NCBI GenBank assembly: GCA_046496215.1
Contig: JAWOHH010000139.1
Location: 8,346-72,345, forward strand
DNA length: 64,000 nt
Source: Desulfobacterales bacterium
GTDB lineage: Bacteria; Desulfobacterota; Desulfobacteria; Desulfobacterales; SpSt-501
Reading direction: 5' to 3'
Both the position numbers and the translations under genes were made by a program. How positions within the stretch are numbered: position 1 is the stretch's first letter; each line of letters starts with the position of its first letter. Below the pieces are notes generated by a model, which was not told the origin of the DNA, searched no databases, and was given only the letters and a program-made list of their open reading frames with translations. Positions 38,021 through 49,300 of the stretch are shown here, piece after piece.

Positions 38021-38850
38021 ACCGCATCGCCCGGACCTTTGAGCGGCTCGCCGCGAAAAACGAAAAGGCGCTGGTGGGCTTCATCACCGCCGGCGACCCG
38101 GATGTGCCGACCTCCCTGGCAGGGATCGAAGCCATGTGCCGCGGCGGCTTGGACGCGCTCGAACTGGGGGTCCCGTTCTCGGACCCGACCGCCGACGGGC
38201 CCACCATCCAGCGCTCATCGGCCCGCGCCATCGCCGCCGGCGTCGGCCTGAGGCGGGTGATCGGCATGATCGCCTCCGTCCGCAGGTTCACCGACATCCC
38301 GGTCATCGTGTTCAGCTACTACAACCCGATCCTGGCCTACGGCGCCGATGCCTTTTACCGCGACGCGCTGGCTGCCGGCGCGGACGGCGTGCTGGTCGTG
38401 GACCTGCCGCCGGAGGAATCCGCCGAACTGACCGACCGCTGGCCCGGAGACGAGCTTTGCCTCATCCGCCTGTCGGCGCCGACCACGCCGCCGGATCGTC
38501 TCCGGCAGATCGCCGCGTCGGCCTCCGGTTTCGTCTACCACGTCTCCAAACTGGGCGTCACCGGCAGCCGGGGGGTGAACGTGCCGGAGGTCGAACGCCA
38601 GGTTCGCGCGTTGCGGCGCATAACCCGGCTGCCGGTCTGCGTGGGCTTCGGCATTTCGACCCCGGAGCAGGTGGCCGCCTTCAGCGCCGTCTGCGACGGG
38701 GTGGTGGTCGGCAGCGCCTTGGAGCGGCTAATCGAGGAGAACCTGGGCCGGCCGGAGCTGCCGCGGATACTGGGCGATCGGGTGGCCGCTCTCAAAGCCG
38801 CCACGCGGGGGCGGGCAACGGCGGGCGATGGCCTCTCCTCCGGGAATTGA
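38017..38850 (+). CDS. trpA: Tryptophan synthase alpha chain
   Basis: [33 protein letters not shown]. Confidence 0.96.
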   Translation: MNRIARTFERLAAKNEKALVGFITAGDPDVPTSLAGIEAMCRGGLDALELGVPFSDPTADGPTIQRSSARAIAAGVGLRRVIGMIASVRRFTDIPVIVFSYYNPILAYGADAFYRDALAAGADGVLVVDLPPEESAELTDRWPGDELCLIRLSAPTTPPDRLRQIAASASGFVYHVSKLGVTGSRGVNVPEVERQVRALRRITRLPVCVGFGISTPEQVAAFSAVCDGVVVGSALERLIEENLGRPELPRILGDRVAALKAATRGRATAGDGLSSGN

Positions 38851-38887
38851 CTTTTGCGAGGCCTCCACGCTATGTTCCACGGCAGCC

Positions 38888-39856
38888 ATGCTGCTCCCGG
38901 AGGATCGCCCCAAACGCCGTCGCATCTGGATTGCGGGGCTCAGCGCCTTGCTGGCCCTTTCGGGCGTGTGCGTCTGGACCACGGCGGTCCGAATCCCGCA
39001 GGAGATCTCGGCGCGCGCGGCAGCTGCGCTCCAGATTGCAGGCATCGCCCCGCGCGTCGCCTTGGCCGTGGACGGCCGCACGCTCATCCTCAGCGGCGAA
39101 CTCGCGGACGCTTACACACGTGCCCGCGCACTCGCCGTGGCCGGTTCCATCCGCGGGGCGCACGCGGTGGTCGATCGCATCCGCCTGACGCCGGCGCAGA
39201 CGGCCTCGGCCGAGCGCTCGGACCCCGTTCGCATCGACGCCCCGGGGCCGCCACCCGCCGCCCTCCCCGGGGAGCCCCCCGCTAAAACAGCGCCGTCTGA
39301 AAGCCCGGCCGCCGCGGGTCACGGCGCCACCCTGCCCCTCGGCACGACCAACGGCGGACAGGCGGAAAACACCGCCGCCACGGGAACCGGAGCGCGCCCG
39401 TCGCCCGACACCCCTGAAGCGCCACCGCCGGCCCGCTTGGCGGAGACCCCTGCACAGGCGACGCCGGCACCAGCAGCGGCTCCCCGTACGCCCGAAAACC
39501 CAGACCGACCGGCGGCGTTGCCGCCGAAGGTGGCGGTGCTGCTCTTCGGCTTCGACAGCGCGCACCCAAACCCTGAGAGCGAGCCCCTGCTCCAGGAGGC
39601 CATCGCTCTGCTGAAACAGCGTCCGGGGCTCCGCGTCGAAGTGGCCGGCCACACGGACAGCTCCGGGGCCCCGCTCTACAATCAGCGCCTGAGCGAACGC
39701 CGGGCCGCAGCGATCGCAAACCGCATGATCGCCGCTGGGGTCGACGCGGCGCAGCTCCAGACCCGCGGGTATGGCGAGACGCAGCCCAGAGCCGGGAACC
39801 ACCTGCGCCAGGGCCGCTTGCTGAACCGTCGGGTGGAGATCACCGCAATCCCATGA
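38888..39856 (+). CDS. Membrane-anchored BON + Pro/Ala linker + OmpA-C protein (ArfA-like)
   Basis: N-terminal TM, VDGRTLILSG BON-like segment, FGFDS..GHTDSSG..NQRLSERRA..NRRVE. Confidence 0.85.
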   Translation: MLLPEDRPKRRRIWIAGLSALLALSGVCVWTTAVRIPQEISARAAAALQIAGIAPRVALAVDGRTLILSGELADAYTRARALAVAGSIRGAHAVVDRIRLTPAQTASAERSDPVRIDAPGPPPAALPGEPPAKTAPSESPAAAGHGATLPLGTTNGGQAENTAATGTGARPSPDTPEAPPPARLAETPAQATPAPAAAPRTPENPDRPAALPPKVAVLLFGFDSAHPNPESEPLLQEAIALLKQRPGLRVEVAGHTDSSGAPLYNQRLSERRAAAIANRMIAAGVDAAQLQTRGYGETQPRAGNHLRQGRLLNRRVEITAIP

Positions 39857-39866
39857 AGGAGGTCTC

Positions 39867-40271
39867 GTGGCCTATCTGGTCGGGGAAATAGCGCTCTTCC
39901 TGCTCGCCGCGGCGCTGATCGGCGCGGCGATGGCCTGGCTCCTGCGGGGGTTGCGCTCCCGCGCACGCGAACACCGGCTCACGGCGGAACTCGAAGCAAC
40001 CCGCTCCGCACGGGATGCGGCGGAAGCATCCGCTCAAGCATTCGAGGCCTCGCTGACGGAGCTGCGGGCGGAAATGGAACTGGAAACCAGCCGACTCAAA
40101 GCCCGGGTGGCCGAACTCCAAACGCTTCAGCAGAGGATCGGAGCCGGCGCACCGGCGCCGGCGAAGGCCCGCTGGATGCCCGTCGCGGCCGGACTCTGGC
40201 GGTTTCTGCTGACGTCGGTGTCGGCCCTGGTGCGGTTGATCTCGGATACGGCCCGCCGGTTTTTCCGGTAG
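39867..40271 (+). CDS. Small membrane protein with coiled coil
   Basis: AGGAGG RBS, N-terminal TM, coiled coil, amphipathic C-terminus. Confidence 0.75.
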   Translation: MAYLVGEIALFLLAAALIGAAMAWLLRGLRSRAREHRLTAELEATRSARDAAEASAQAFEASLTELRAEMELETSRLKARVAELQTLQQRIGAGAPAPAKARWMPVAAGLWRFLLTSVSALVRLISDTARRFFR

Positions 40272-40397
40272 CAGCGGTGCCTGCCGGAGGATCGTCCGCA
40301 GGTTGCGCAGCGGAAGGCTCCGCCGCTCCGCGAACAAAACGCCGCCCCGTGTCGCGCACGGAGCGGCGTCTCGCTCTTCGGTAAAGGCCGCGGCCAA

Positions 40398-40607
40398 TCA
40401 AGCCTTTTCCAGCTCACCCAACTTGCCGTGCCACGAACATCTGTTGCAGTAAGTCTCCGTTGCTTCCTGGATTTCGGGGGCCGGCGCCGCCGGCTCATCC
40501 GCCTCGAAGCTCACCGCGCCCGAGGCCACGCTGAACCCGTGGGTCTCGAACTCGTCATCCGGATCCTTGACGAAAAACTCCTGACAGCCGCACACGGGAC
40601 ATTTCAT
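40398..40607 (-). CDS. Small CxxC..CxxC zinc-ribbon/rubredoxin-like protein
   Basis: MKCPVCG...YCNRCSWHG; GGAGG RBS. Confidence 0.75.
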   Translation of the reverse strand: MKCPVCGCQEFFVKDPDDEFETHGFSVASGAVSFEADEPAAPAPEIQEATETYCNRCSWHGKLGELEKA

Positions 40608-40648
40608 TGCCGCCCCTCCCAAAGGTTTTCCGCCGCGGGCGGAAAATC

Positions 40649-41146
40649 TCAGTCGACTTTCCTGAAAGCCTTCTTTTTGGCCTTGCACACCGGGCACTCC
40701 TCCGGGGCCTCGCTCTCGCAGGTGTAGCCGCAGACCGAGCAGACGTAGTAGTCGACGGCGGTCGCCCCTTTCCCAAGGTGGTCGAGCGCCTTCCGGTAGA
40801 GGGCGGCGTGCACCTTTTCGACCTCGTTAGCGTAGGTGAAGGTCCGCACGGCGGCCTCGTTGCCCTCGGCTTTGGCCGCTTCGATCATGGGCGGGTACAT
40901 GGACTCGAATTCGTAGGTTTCCCCCCCCAGCGCCTCCTTGAGGTTCTCCAGCGTACTCTTGACCCCCTTGAGCGTGCGCAGGTGCGTATGGGCGTGGACC
41001 GTCTCCGCCTCGGCGGCGGCGCGGAACAGCTTCGCGACCTGGGGAAAGCCTTCGGTGTCGGCTTTCTGGGCAAAGGCGAGGTACTTGCGATTGGCCTGGG
41101 ACTCGCCGGCAAACGCCTCTTTCAGGTTCTTCTCGGTCTTGCTCAT
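40649..41146 (-). CDS. rbr: Rubrerythrin
   Basis: AFAGESQA, EAETVHA, EKVH and C-terminal CSVCG..CPVC. Confidence 0.93.
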   Translation of the reverse strand: MSKTEKNLKEAFAGESQANRKYLAFAQKADTEGFPQVAKLFRAAAEAETVHAHTHLRTLKGVKSTLENLKEALGGETYEFESMYPPMIEAAKAEGNEAAVRTFTYANEVEKVHAALYRKALDHLGKGATAVDYYVCSVCGYTCESEAPEECPVCKAKKKAFRKVD

Positions 41147-41237
41147 TTCATCTCCTCCTTCTGAGTGGTTGTGACTCTGGCGAATATCAATGCTCTAACA
41201 AATTGCCCCATTGCATTTTGAGACAACCATGGCCCGA

Positions 41238-43976
41238 TCAGGACGCAGCCGATTTCTCTTTGAGAGCGGCGTGTGCAGCCGCAAGGCGCGCGATCGGCAC
41301 GCGGAACGGCGAGCACGAGACGTAGTCCAGCCCCAGCTTGTGGCAGAGCTCGATCGATGTCGGGTCGCCGCCGTGCTCCCCGCAGATGCCGCACACCAGA
41401 CCGGGTTGGACCCCTTTGGCCTTTTCCATGGCGATGCGCATGAGCGCGCCCACCCCCTCGGGGTCGATGGTTGCAAACGGGTTGTCCGGCAAGATGCCGG
41501 AGGAGATGTAGGGCACCAGAAAACTGGCCTCGGCGTCATCGCGCGAGATGCCGAAGGTCGTTTGGGTCAGGTCGTTGGTCCCAAACGAGAAGAACTGGGC
41601 GAACCCTGCAATCTGGTCGGCGGTCAGCGCCGCCCTCGGGATCTCGATCATGGTGCCGAACTTGTAGTCCACCGCCAGGTGCTGCTCCTGCATTACTTTT
41701 TTCGCCTCGGCCTCCAGCACCTCCCGCTGGCGTTTGAGCTCGTGCACGTGACTGGTGAGCGGGATCATGATCTCGGGATGCACCTGAACGCCCTCTGCCG
41801 CGACGATGCAGGCGGCCTCGAACACCGCCCGCACCTGCATGCGGGTCAGCTCCGGGATCATGATCCCGAGCCGCACCCCGCGCATGCCGAGCATGGGATT
41901 GGCCTCATCCAGGGCCCTGGCACGCTTGAGCAGGTTTTCCTTGAGCCGGATCTGCTCGAGAAAATCATCCACCTGCGCCAGGTTGGGCGCATGCTGCAGC
42001 CGGATCTTGAGATCGGCCAATTCGTGCATGAGTTCGGAGATGTTCGGCAGGAATTCGTGCAGCGGCGGGTCGATGAGACGAATGATCACCGGCAGCCCGT
42101 TCATGATGCGAAACAGCCCGGCGAAATCGTCGCGCTGAAACGGCAGCAGCGCTTCGAGGGCCTCCCGCCGTTCGATCGCCAAGTCGGTCATGATCATTTT
42201 TTGAAATAAGGCCAACCGCGTAGGCTCGAAAAACATGTGCTCGGTGCGGCACAGCCCGATGCCTTGCGCGCCGTATTCGCGCGCACGCTGGGCGTCGCGG
42301 GGATAATCGGCATTGGCCCGCACCCCCAGGCGGCGGAACTCGTCGGCCCAGCCCAACAACCGGATCAGCCAGGGGTCCTTGATGTCCGGCACCACGGTCT
42401 TAAGCTTGCCGAGGTAGACCTCCCCGGAGGTCCCGTCGATCGAGATCCAGTCCCCCTCCTTGACGATTTTGTCCCCCACCCGCATGAGCCGGTCGTTCAG
42501 GTCGATCTCCAGGGACGACACCCCGACCACCGCCGGCTTGCCGAACTGGCGCGCCACCAGGGCCGCATGGCTGGTGCGGCCCCCTCTGCTGGTCAGGATC
42601 CCCTGGGCGGCCAACATGCCGTGCACGTCGTCGGGTTTGGTCTCGGGCCGGACCATGATGACGGACTTGTTGTCGTCGCGGGCCCAGGACTCGGCCAGGT
42701 CGGCGTCGAAGGCGACCATTCCCACCGCCGCCCCAGGCGACACGTTGAGCCCGGTCGCCAGGAGGGACCCGCCCGCTTTGGCCTCCTGCTTGGTGTGGTG
42801 GTCGAACTGGGGGTGCATGAAAAAGTCGACCTGCTCGGGGCTTACCCGCAGCACGGCCTCCTCGCGGCTGATGAGGCCCTCTTCCACCATGTCCACCGCG
42901 ATGCGCACCGCGGCCTGGGCCGAACGCTTGCCGCTGCGGGTCTGCAGCATCCACAACTTGCCCTTCTCGATGGTGAACTCGACGTCCTGCATGTCGCGGT
43001 AGTGCTGCTCGAGGCGCTGGGCGATCCCCAGGAACTCGGCGTAGGCCTGCGGCATCTCCTTGATCAGCTGGTTGATGTCCTTGGTCATACGGATGCCGGC
43101 CACCACATCCTCGCCCTGGGCGTTGGTGAGGTAGTCGCCCTCAATGTCTTTCTCCCCGGTGGTGCCGTGGCGGGTCATGGCGACGCCCGTGGCGCTGGTA
43201 TCGCCCATGTTGCCGAACACCATCGCCACGATGCTGACGGCCGTGCCCAGATCGTGGGGGATTCCGGCCGCGTTGCGATAGTCGACGGCACGCTTGCCGT
43301 TCCAGCTTTCGAACACCGCCGCGGTCGCCATGCGCAGCTGCTCGTAGGGCTCAGAGGGAAAGTCGCGATTGGACATCCGGCGGAAAATTTTACGGAAGTC
43401 GGCGATCACCTCCTGGAGCTGCGCGGCGCTCAGCTCCGAGTCGACCTTGGCGCCGGCCTTGCGCCGGGCGCGGGAGAGCACCTCCTCGAAGGGCTCGCCC
43501 GCCAGCCCCATGACCACGCTGCCGAACATCTGGATCAGGCGGCGGTAGGAGTCGAACACAAAACGCGGGTTGGCGGTGAGCGCGATCATGCCCTGGCAGG
43601 TCTCATCATTCAACCCGATGTTGAGAACCGTGTCCATCATGCCCGGCATCGAAAACTTCGCGCCCGAACGGCAGGAGACCAGCAGCGGGTGGTGCGGGTC
43701 GCCGAACTTGCGGCCGCTAACCTCCTCCACCTTTTCCAGGGCGGTGATCGCCTGATCCCACATGCCTTCGGGAAAGACGCCGCCGTATGCCAAATACTCG
43801 TTGCAGGCCTCGGTGGTGATGGTGAACCCCGGCGGCACCGGAACCCCGATGCGCACCATCTCCGCCAGGTTGGCCCCTTTGCCGCCGAGAAGCCCGCGAA
43901 CGGCCTCCCGCCCGGCACCGACACAGCCTTCGGCCTGGTCGAGTTCGTCGAACAAAAACACCCACTTTCGGTTCAT
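41238..43976 (-). CDS. ppdK: Pyruvate, phosphate dikinase
   Basis: GGKGANLAEM, SMPGMMDT, GGRTSHAA, GLCRTEHMF, GTNDLTQ, CGEHGG. Confidence 0.97.
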   Translation of the reverse strand: MNRKWVFLFDELDQAEGCVGAGREAVRGLLGGKGANLAEMVRIGVPVPPGFTITTEACNEYLAYGGVFPEGMWDQAITALEKVEEVSGRKFGDPHHPLLVSCRSGAKFSMPGMMDTVLNIGLNDETCQGMIALTANPRFVFDSYRRLIQMFGSVVMGLAGEPFEEVLSRARRKAGAKVDSELSAAQLQEVIADFRKIFRRMSNRDFPSEPYEQLRMATAAVFESWNGKRAVDYRNAAGIPHDLGTAVSIVAMVFGNMGDTSATGVAMTRHGTTGEKDIEGDYLTNAQGEDVVAGIRMTKDINQLIKEMPQAYAEFLGIAQRLEQHYRDMQDVEFTIEKGKLWMLQTRSGKRSAQAAVRIAVDMVEEGLISREEAVLRVSPEQVDFFMHPQFDHHTKQEAKAGGSLLATGLNVSPGAAVGMVAFDADLAESWARDDNKSVIMVRPETKPDDVHGMLAAQGILTSRGGRTSHAALVARQFGKPAVVGVSSLEIDLNDRLMRVGDKIVKEGDWISIDGTSGEVYLGKLKTVVPDIKDPWLIRLLGWADEFRRLGVRANADYPRDAQRAREYGAQGIGLCRTEHMFFEPTRLALFQKMIMTDLAIERREALEALLPFQRDDFAGLFRIMNGLPVIIRLIDPPLHEFLPNISELMHELADLKIRLQHAPNLAQVDDFLEQIRLKENLLKRARALDEANPMLGMRGVRLGIMIPELTRMQVRAVFEAACIVAAEGVQVHPEIMIPLTSHVHELKRQREVLEAEAKKVMQEQHLAVDYKFGTMIEIPRAALTADQIAGFAQFFSFGTNDLTQTTFGISRDDAEASFLVPYISSGILPDNPFATIDPEGVGALMRIAMEKAKGVQPGLVCGICGEHGGDPTSIELCHKLGLDYVSCSPFRVPIARLAAAHAALKEKSAAS

Positions 43977-44315
43977 TGCGGTCTCCTCTCGGGTTGGATC
44001 CCGAACCGTCGCTGAAAATTATTCGGCATCGCCGTCCTGAACCACAACCTCATCGGGGGCCCCCTGCTCGGATCGGGAAAATGGGGCGAAACTGTTTTTG
44101 GCGTGCGCTTGGGCGAAAACAGTGTTACATCAGAGGACATCGACAAGTCAATTTCTATCGATGCCCCGGCCGACCCCGGCGCCCGACGGGGCCATTCTTG
44201 ACAAGAGGCCGTCGACTTCCATAGGATGCCGCTGCGGGGCAGTCCGTCGCCGTGGCGAGGCGATCCATCGCACCCACTCACTCGAACGCTCATCGGAACC
44301 GGAAAGGAGTCAGCC

Positions 44316-45566
44316 ATGAAAGACGTCGTCATCGCATCCGCCTGCAGAACAGCCATCGGGGCATTCGGCGGAACGTTGAAAGAGATGCATGCCGCCCGGA
44401 TCGCCGGCGTGGTCATGAAAGCGGCCGTCGAACGGGCCAACATCGAACCGGCGCGGATCGATGACGTGCGCTTCGGGTGCTGCATGGAGCCGGTCGACAC
44501 CCTCAACGTGACCCGGGTCGCCGCCCTGATGGCCGGCATCCCGGAATCGGTGACCGCGGTCACCATCAATCGCGTCTGCATCTCCGGGATGGAGGCGACG
44601 TTGTCGGGGATGGCCATGATCCAGGCCGGCATGGCCGACATCATCCTGGCCGGCGGGGTCGAGCACATGTCGGGCGCCCCCTATTCGGTGGCAAACGCCC
44701 GCTGGGGCTGCCGGCTCCAGGACCAGGAGTTCGTGGACAACATCATCCGCGGCCTGCACTGCGGCTCCCACCTGATCCCCCACCCCGAGGCCGGCCCCGT
44801 CGATGCCACCCAGCCGCCCCTCAGCTTCTTCAAGGGCAAGCCCTACATCATGGGGCACACGGCGGAGTTCGTGGCTCAGCACCTGAACATCGATCGTGCG
44901 GAGATGGACGCGGTGGCCCTGCGCAGCCACCACAATGTCGAGCGGGCCACGAAAGACGGCTCTTTCAAGGCGGAAATCGTGCCGATCTCCATCCCGCAGC
45001 GTAAGGGCGACCCCATCGTCTTCGACAAAGACGAACACTTCCGGCCGGGCATCACCCTGGAGCAGCTGGCCAAGCTGCCGCCGGCCTTCATTACCAAAGG
45101 CGGAAAGGTGACGGCCGGCAACTCCAGCGGGATCAACGACGGCGCGGCCGCGATGGTCATTCTGTCGGCGGACACGGCCAAGGAGCTCGGAATCACACCC
45201 CTGGCCCGGATCACGGCCGTCGGCCGCGGGGCCTGCCACCCGTCCGTGATGGGTCTCTCCCCGGTGCCGGCCGTGCAGGACCTCACGGCCCGCAGCCGCC
45301 TCACGATCGGGGATTTCGACCTGATCGAGGTGAACGAAGCCTTCGCCGCCCAGTACATCGGCGTGGAACGGGAGCTCGGCCTCAACCGGGAGATCACCAA
45401 TGTGAACGGGTCCGGCATCGGCCTGGGCCACCCGGTGGGCGCCACCGGCGCCCGCATCATGGTGACGCTGATCCACGCCCTGAAACAGAAAGGCAAGGGC
45501 CTGGGGTTGGCCACGCTCTGCGGCGGCGGGGGGGTCTCGATGGCATGCGCCATCGAAATGCTGTGA
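44316..45566 (+). CDS. Acetyl-CoA C-acyltransferase (thiolase)
   Basis: INRVCISG, NEAFA, GHPVGATG, CGGGG; AAGGAG RBS. Confidence 0.93.
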   Translation: MKDVVIASACRTAIGAFGGTLKEMHAARIAGVVMKAAVERANIEPARIDDVRFGCCMEPVDTLNVTRVAALMAGIPESVTAVTINRVCISGMEATLSGMAMIQAGMADIILAGGVEHMSGAPYSVANARWGCRLQDQEFVDNIIRGLHCGSHLIPHPEAGPVDATQPPLSFFKGKPYIMGHTAEFVAQHLNIDRAEMDAVALRSHHNVERATKDGSFKAEIVPISIPQRKGDPIVFDKDEHFRPGITLEQLAKLPPAFITKGGKVTAGNSSGINDGAAAMVILSADTAKELGITPLARITAVGRGACHPSVMGLSPVPAVQDLTARSRLTIGDFDLIEVNEAFAAQYIGVERELGLNREITNVNGSGIGLGHPVGATGARIMVTLIHALKQKGKGLGLATLCGGGGVSMACAIEML

Positions 45567-45594
45567 TGGCAAACTGAACCAAGGGGGAGGGAAT

Positions 45595-46344
45595 ATGCGC
45601 AAGCTAACGGCAATCGTGGCGGTTGTGTGCGGATGCGTCACCTTCTTCAGCTGGGCGGTTGCGCCGGCAGCCGAACTCGAGGCGGCGGACCGGCTCTTCG
45701 CGCTGGGGGGGCTGGAAAACGTTCAAAAGTCGATCCCGCTTTACACCCAGGCGGCCGCAAAGGAACCGGGCAGCTTCGAGGCGCTCTGGAAATGCGCCCG
45801 CGCCCATCGGGAATACGCCAATCTGGCCAAGCAGCAGGCAGTGGCGGATTGGAAGAAAATCTGCGCCGAGCACGGCAAGATCGGCATGCAGTGCGCCCAG
45901 AAAGCCATCGACCTCCAGCCCGACAAGCCCGACGGGCACTATTACTACGGAGTCAACGTCGGCATCTACTCGGACGGGGTGAGCATCGTCACCGCCCTGG
46001 CCGAGGGCCTGAAAGACAAGACCCAGAGCAGCTTCGAAAAAGCCTATGCTCTCGACAAAACCTACCGGCAGGGCGGCCCCATGCTCTCGCTGGGACGCTT
46101 CTGGTCTGTGCTGCCCTGGCCGATGCGCGACCGCCAAAAAGGGCTCGATTACTTCCGCGAATACCAGAAGGCCGGCTTCTTCGACGGCAACATCGAGGCC
46201 CACCTGTTCCTCTCCGAACTGCTGATCCAGATGGGCGGCGACGAGCACAAAAAAGAGGCCCGCGGCTATCTGGACAAGGCCGCCCAGTCCCCGGACCGGT
46301 ATTTCAAGGAGTGGACCGCGCGGCTGCTGGCGGAACTCAAGTGA
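45595..46344 (+). CDS. Exported TPR-repeat protein
   Basis: Signal peptide; helical repeats (ALWKCARA, GHYYYG, LGRFW..LPWP). Confidence 0.8.
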   Translation: MRKLTAIVAVVCGCVTFFSWAVAPAAELEAADRLFALGGLENVQKSIPLYTQAAAKEPGSFEALWKCARAHREYANLAKQQAVADWKKICAEHGKIGMQCAQKAIDLQPDKPDGHYYYGVNVGIYSDGVSIVTALAEGLKDKTQSSFEKAYALDKTYRQGGPMLSLGRFWSVLPWPMRDRQKGLDYFREYQKAGFFDGNIEAHLFLSELLIQMGGDEHKKEARGYLDKAAQSPDRYFKEWTARLLAELK

Positions 46345-46347
46345 TCG

Positions 46348-49300
46348 TTGAAACGGCTCCTGACATGGGCCGCGATTGCTGTGGCGCTGGCGGCCGGCCT
46401 GCTGGCGGCCGCCTACGCCGGGCGGGACCGGCTGTTCGCCGCGCGCCTTGAGGCCCTGATCCGGGAAACCCTGCGCGAGGAGACCGGGCTGGAGATTTCG
46501 ATCGGCTCCGTGTCGGGCTCGTATCTGCGCGACCTGGAGATCCGGGAGATCCGGACGCTCCGCCCCTCCCCCGCCGGCCCGATCGCCCGCCTCGCCGCCC
46601 AACGGATACGCCTGCGCTACTCCCTGCCGGCGCTGGTGGGCGGGCTGAACGAATTTATTTCCGCAACGACCGTCGACGCCGAATCGCTGTACCTCGATAT
46701 CGACCTGGATCAGTGGGAAGCGGCGGGAAGACCCGCCCCGGCGGGCAGTGACGCCGGGGCGGGTCTTCCCGCCGCGCTGCCCGCGCTGCGCCTGCACGAG
46801 GCGACGATTGTTTTGCGCTCGCAAGACGTGCGGGTCCGCTGTGAAGGCGGGTCGCTGGAGGTCTTGCCCGCGGCCGGACAGCGCATCACGCTCGCGCTGT
46901 CCGTACCCCGGATCGAAGCCGGCCGGCGCCTCCACCCCGATGACGAAATCGAGCGCGCCCTCGCCGGCGAGCTGCATCTCCAGGCGAACTCCTCCTGGCC
47001 GCCGAAGGGCTTGGAATCGGCCTCGGGACGGATGTCGCTGCGGTTTTCGGGCCGCAGTTGGCCCGACGGCCAACCGGTCCATGCGGAGGTTGCCGCCGCC
47101 CTGAACCACGGGCGGCTTTGGATCGACCGCTTCGATCTGGCGGCCGCCCGCAGCCGCGCCGTCGTCACGCAGGCGGAAATCCCCTGGAGCGCCATCGCCG
47201 CCGGGGAGGCCTGGCCTCTGCTGCAGGCAGCCTCCGGTGCCTTCTCGCTCTTCACCGACGATCTCCCCCGTCTTTTGGCCGCAGCCGGCGTGACGACCGC
47301 AAGCGGCATGCACCCTGCACCGGATCATCACCTGGCGCTGGAGGGGCGGCTGGACGCCGGGGCACTGACCGTTTCCCAGGCCGATTTCGTATCGGACGGC
47401 GCAACCATCCGACTGGAGCGGCTCGAAACACGCCTGGATCCCGACACGTCGGCATCGCCCCTCGCGGCCGCCCTGACGGTCGATGCACCCGACCTCTCGT
47501 CGATCTCATCCATTTTCAACGGCCCGCCGATCGAGGGCAGCCTGCAGGCGCGGGTGGTGTTGAGCGGAACGCTGGGCAGTCCGCAGGGCCGCACCGATCT
47601 CACCGCCCGGAGGGTTGCCATCGGCCGGTCTCCCGTCGCCGAGGTGCGCCTCAGCGCAACGGCCGGGCAGCAGCAGGTAGAGATCGGCTCGTGCGAAGTG
47701 ACCAGCGGCGACGACCGGCTCTCCCTGCGGGGACGCTACGACATCACCGCCCACGCCCTCGGGGCCGTGAAGCTCGAACTGACGGCAAGCGACATCGCCC
47801 CCTACCTGGCGGCGTTCGGCGCTACCCCGCCCGCCCTGTCGGGGCGGACCGTGCTGAACGCCGAGGGGTCCGGGCCCCTGATGCAGCCGGATTTCAAGCT
47901 CGAGGGGTATCTGGAACGGGCGCGCCTCGGCGAGGCGGACGTCACCGGCACCCGCATCCGGGCGACAGGCGCCGGCGGCAGGATCCGCGTGGAAACCATC
48001 GAAAGCCTGACCCCGATCGGAAACCTGCGCCTGGCCGGCACCGTGGTTCCCGATACAACGGCCGGGGCCTTCGCCGCGACCCTCGAACGCTTGGACATCC
48101 AGGGGGACCTTTCCCTCACCCTGACCCGCCCCGCTTTCTTGCGGTACACCCCCCCCGGCACGCTCACGATCGCCGATTTCGAGGCCGCCGGGCCCCAGGG
48201 CGGCCTCGCCGCGCAGGGGACGCTCTCCCTCAAGGGGATATCGGATCTCTCGTTGCGTCTCTCCGAGGTCTCGGGTCGCGGCTGGCTTGCCAAACGGGTC
48301 GGCGCCCCCATCCGGCTCGCAGGGTTGAATGCAACCCTGCGGGCAGCAGGCCGGTTGGGTTCGCCCGACATCTCCGCCGTCGGATCCATTCAGGAGCTCG
48401 GGATGGAAAACACGGCCGGCTTCGGCACCGCCCGCTTCGACCTGGCTTACTCCGGAGACCGGCTGCGGATTCAAAACCTCACCCTGGCCGGCGCCGAAGG
48501 GGAAACCCTACACATCACCGGGGTGCTGCCCGTGGACCCCGCGGCCTCGCCCGCCCTCGGGCCGGGGCCGCTGACCCTGAAGGCCGACCTCCGCATCCCG
48601 GACCAGGAGCGCATGCGCGCCCTCATCCCGGCTTGGCCGTTTGTTTCCGGAAGCATGGGCGCCGAGCTGGCCGTGAGCGGCACCTGGCAGGCCCCGGCCG
48701 CCAGGCTGCAATGGACCGGGCGCCATCTGGCGCCATCCGATGCCTACGTCCTGCCGCCGGGGCCCTATGAAGCCCGGGGAGAGGCCTCCCTGCAGGACCG
48801 CCGGTTGAAGATCGAGTCCCTGACGCTCAGCGGATCGGCGGCCGCACTCGAAGCACGCGGGGAACTCAGCGATGTTCCCCGCTGGCCGGACCTGCTCGCC
48901 GGCCAGGCCGGCGAGCACCGCGGGCGGGTCTCCCTGACCGCCGCGCTGCGCATCGCCGACCTCGGCTGGGCGTCCCGCGCCCTCGAAGGGGTCCGGCGCA
49001 CCGCCGGGCAGATCGAGGCGGACATCGTGCTCGAGGGCCCGCTGGAAGACCCCCGACTCACAGCCGACATCCGCCTGATGGGCGGAGAGGTGAGGCCGGA
49101 GGCCGGCCTGCCGCCGCTGCACCGCCTGGAGCTCACGGCCGCGCTGCGCGACCGGCGCCTGGCGATCCACTCCCTGCAGGGTGAGCTGGGCGGCGCCCCG
49201 TTTGAGATCACGGGTGCGCTCCAGACCGACCGGATTTCAGGGCAGCAGGCGGACTTCGAACTGAAGGGCGACAATCTGCTGCTCTTCCGCAGCGAGACGG

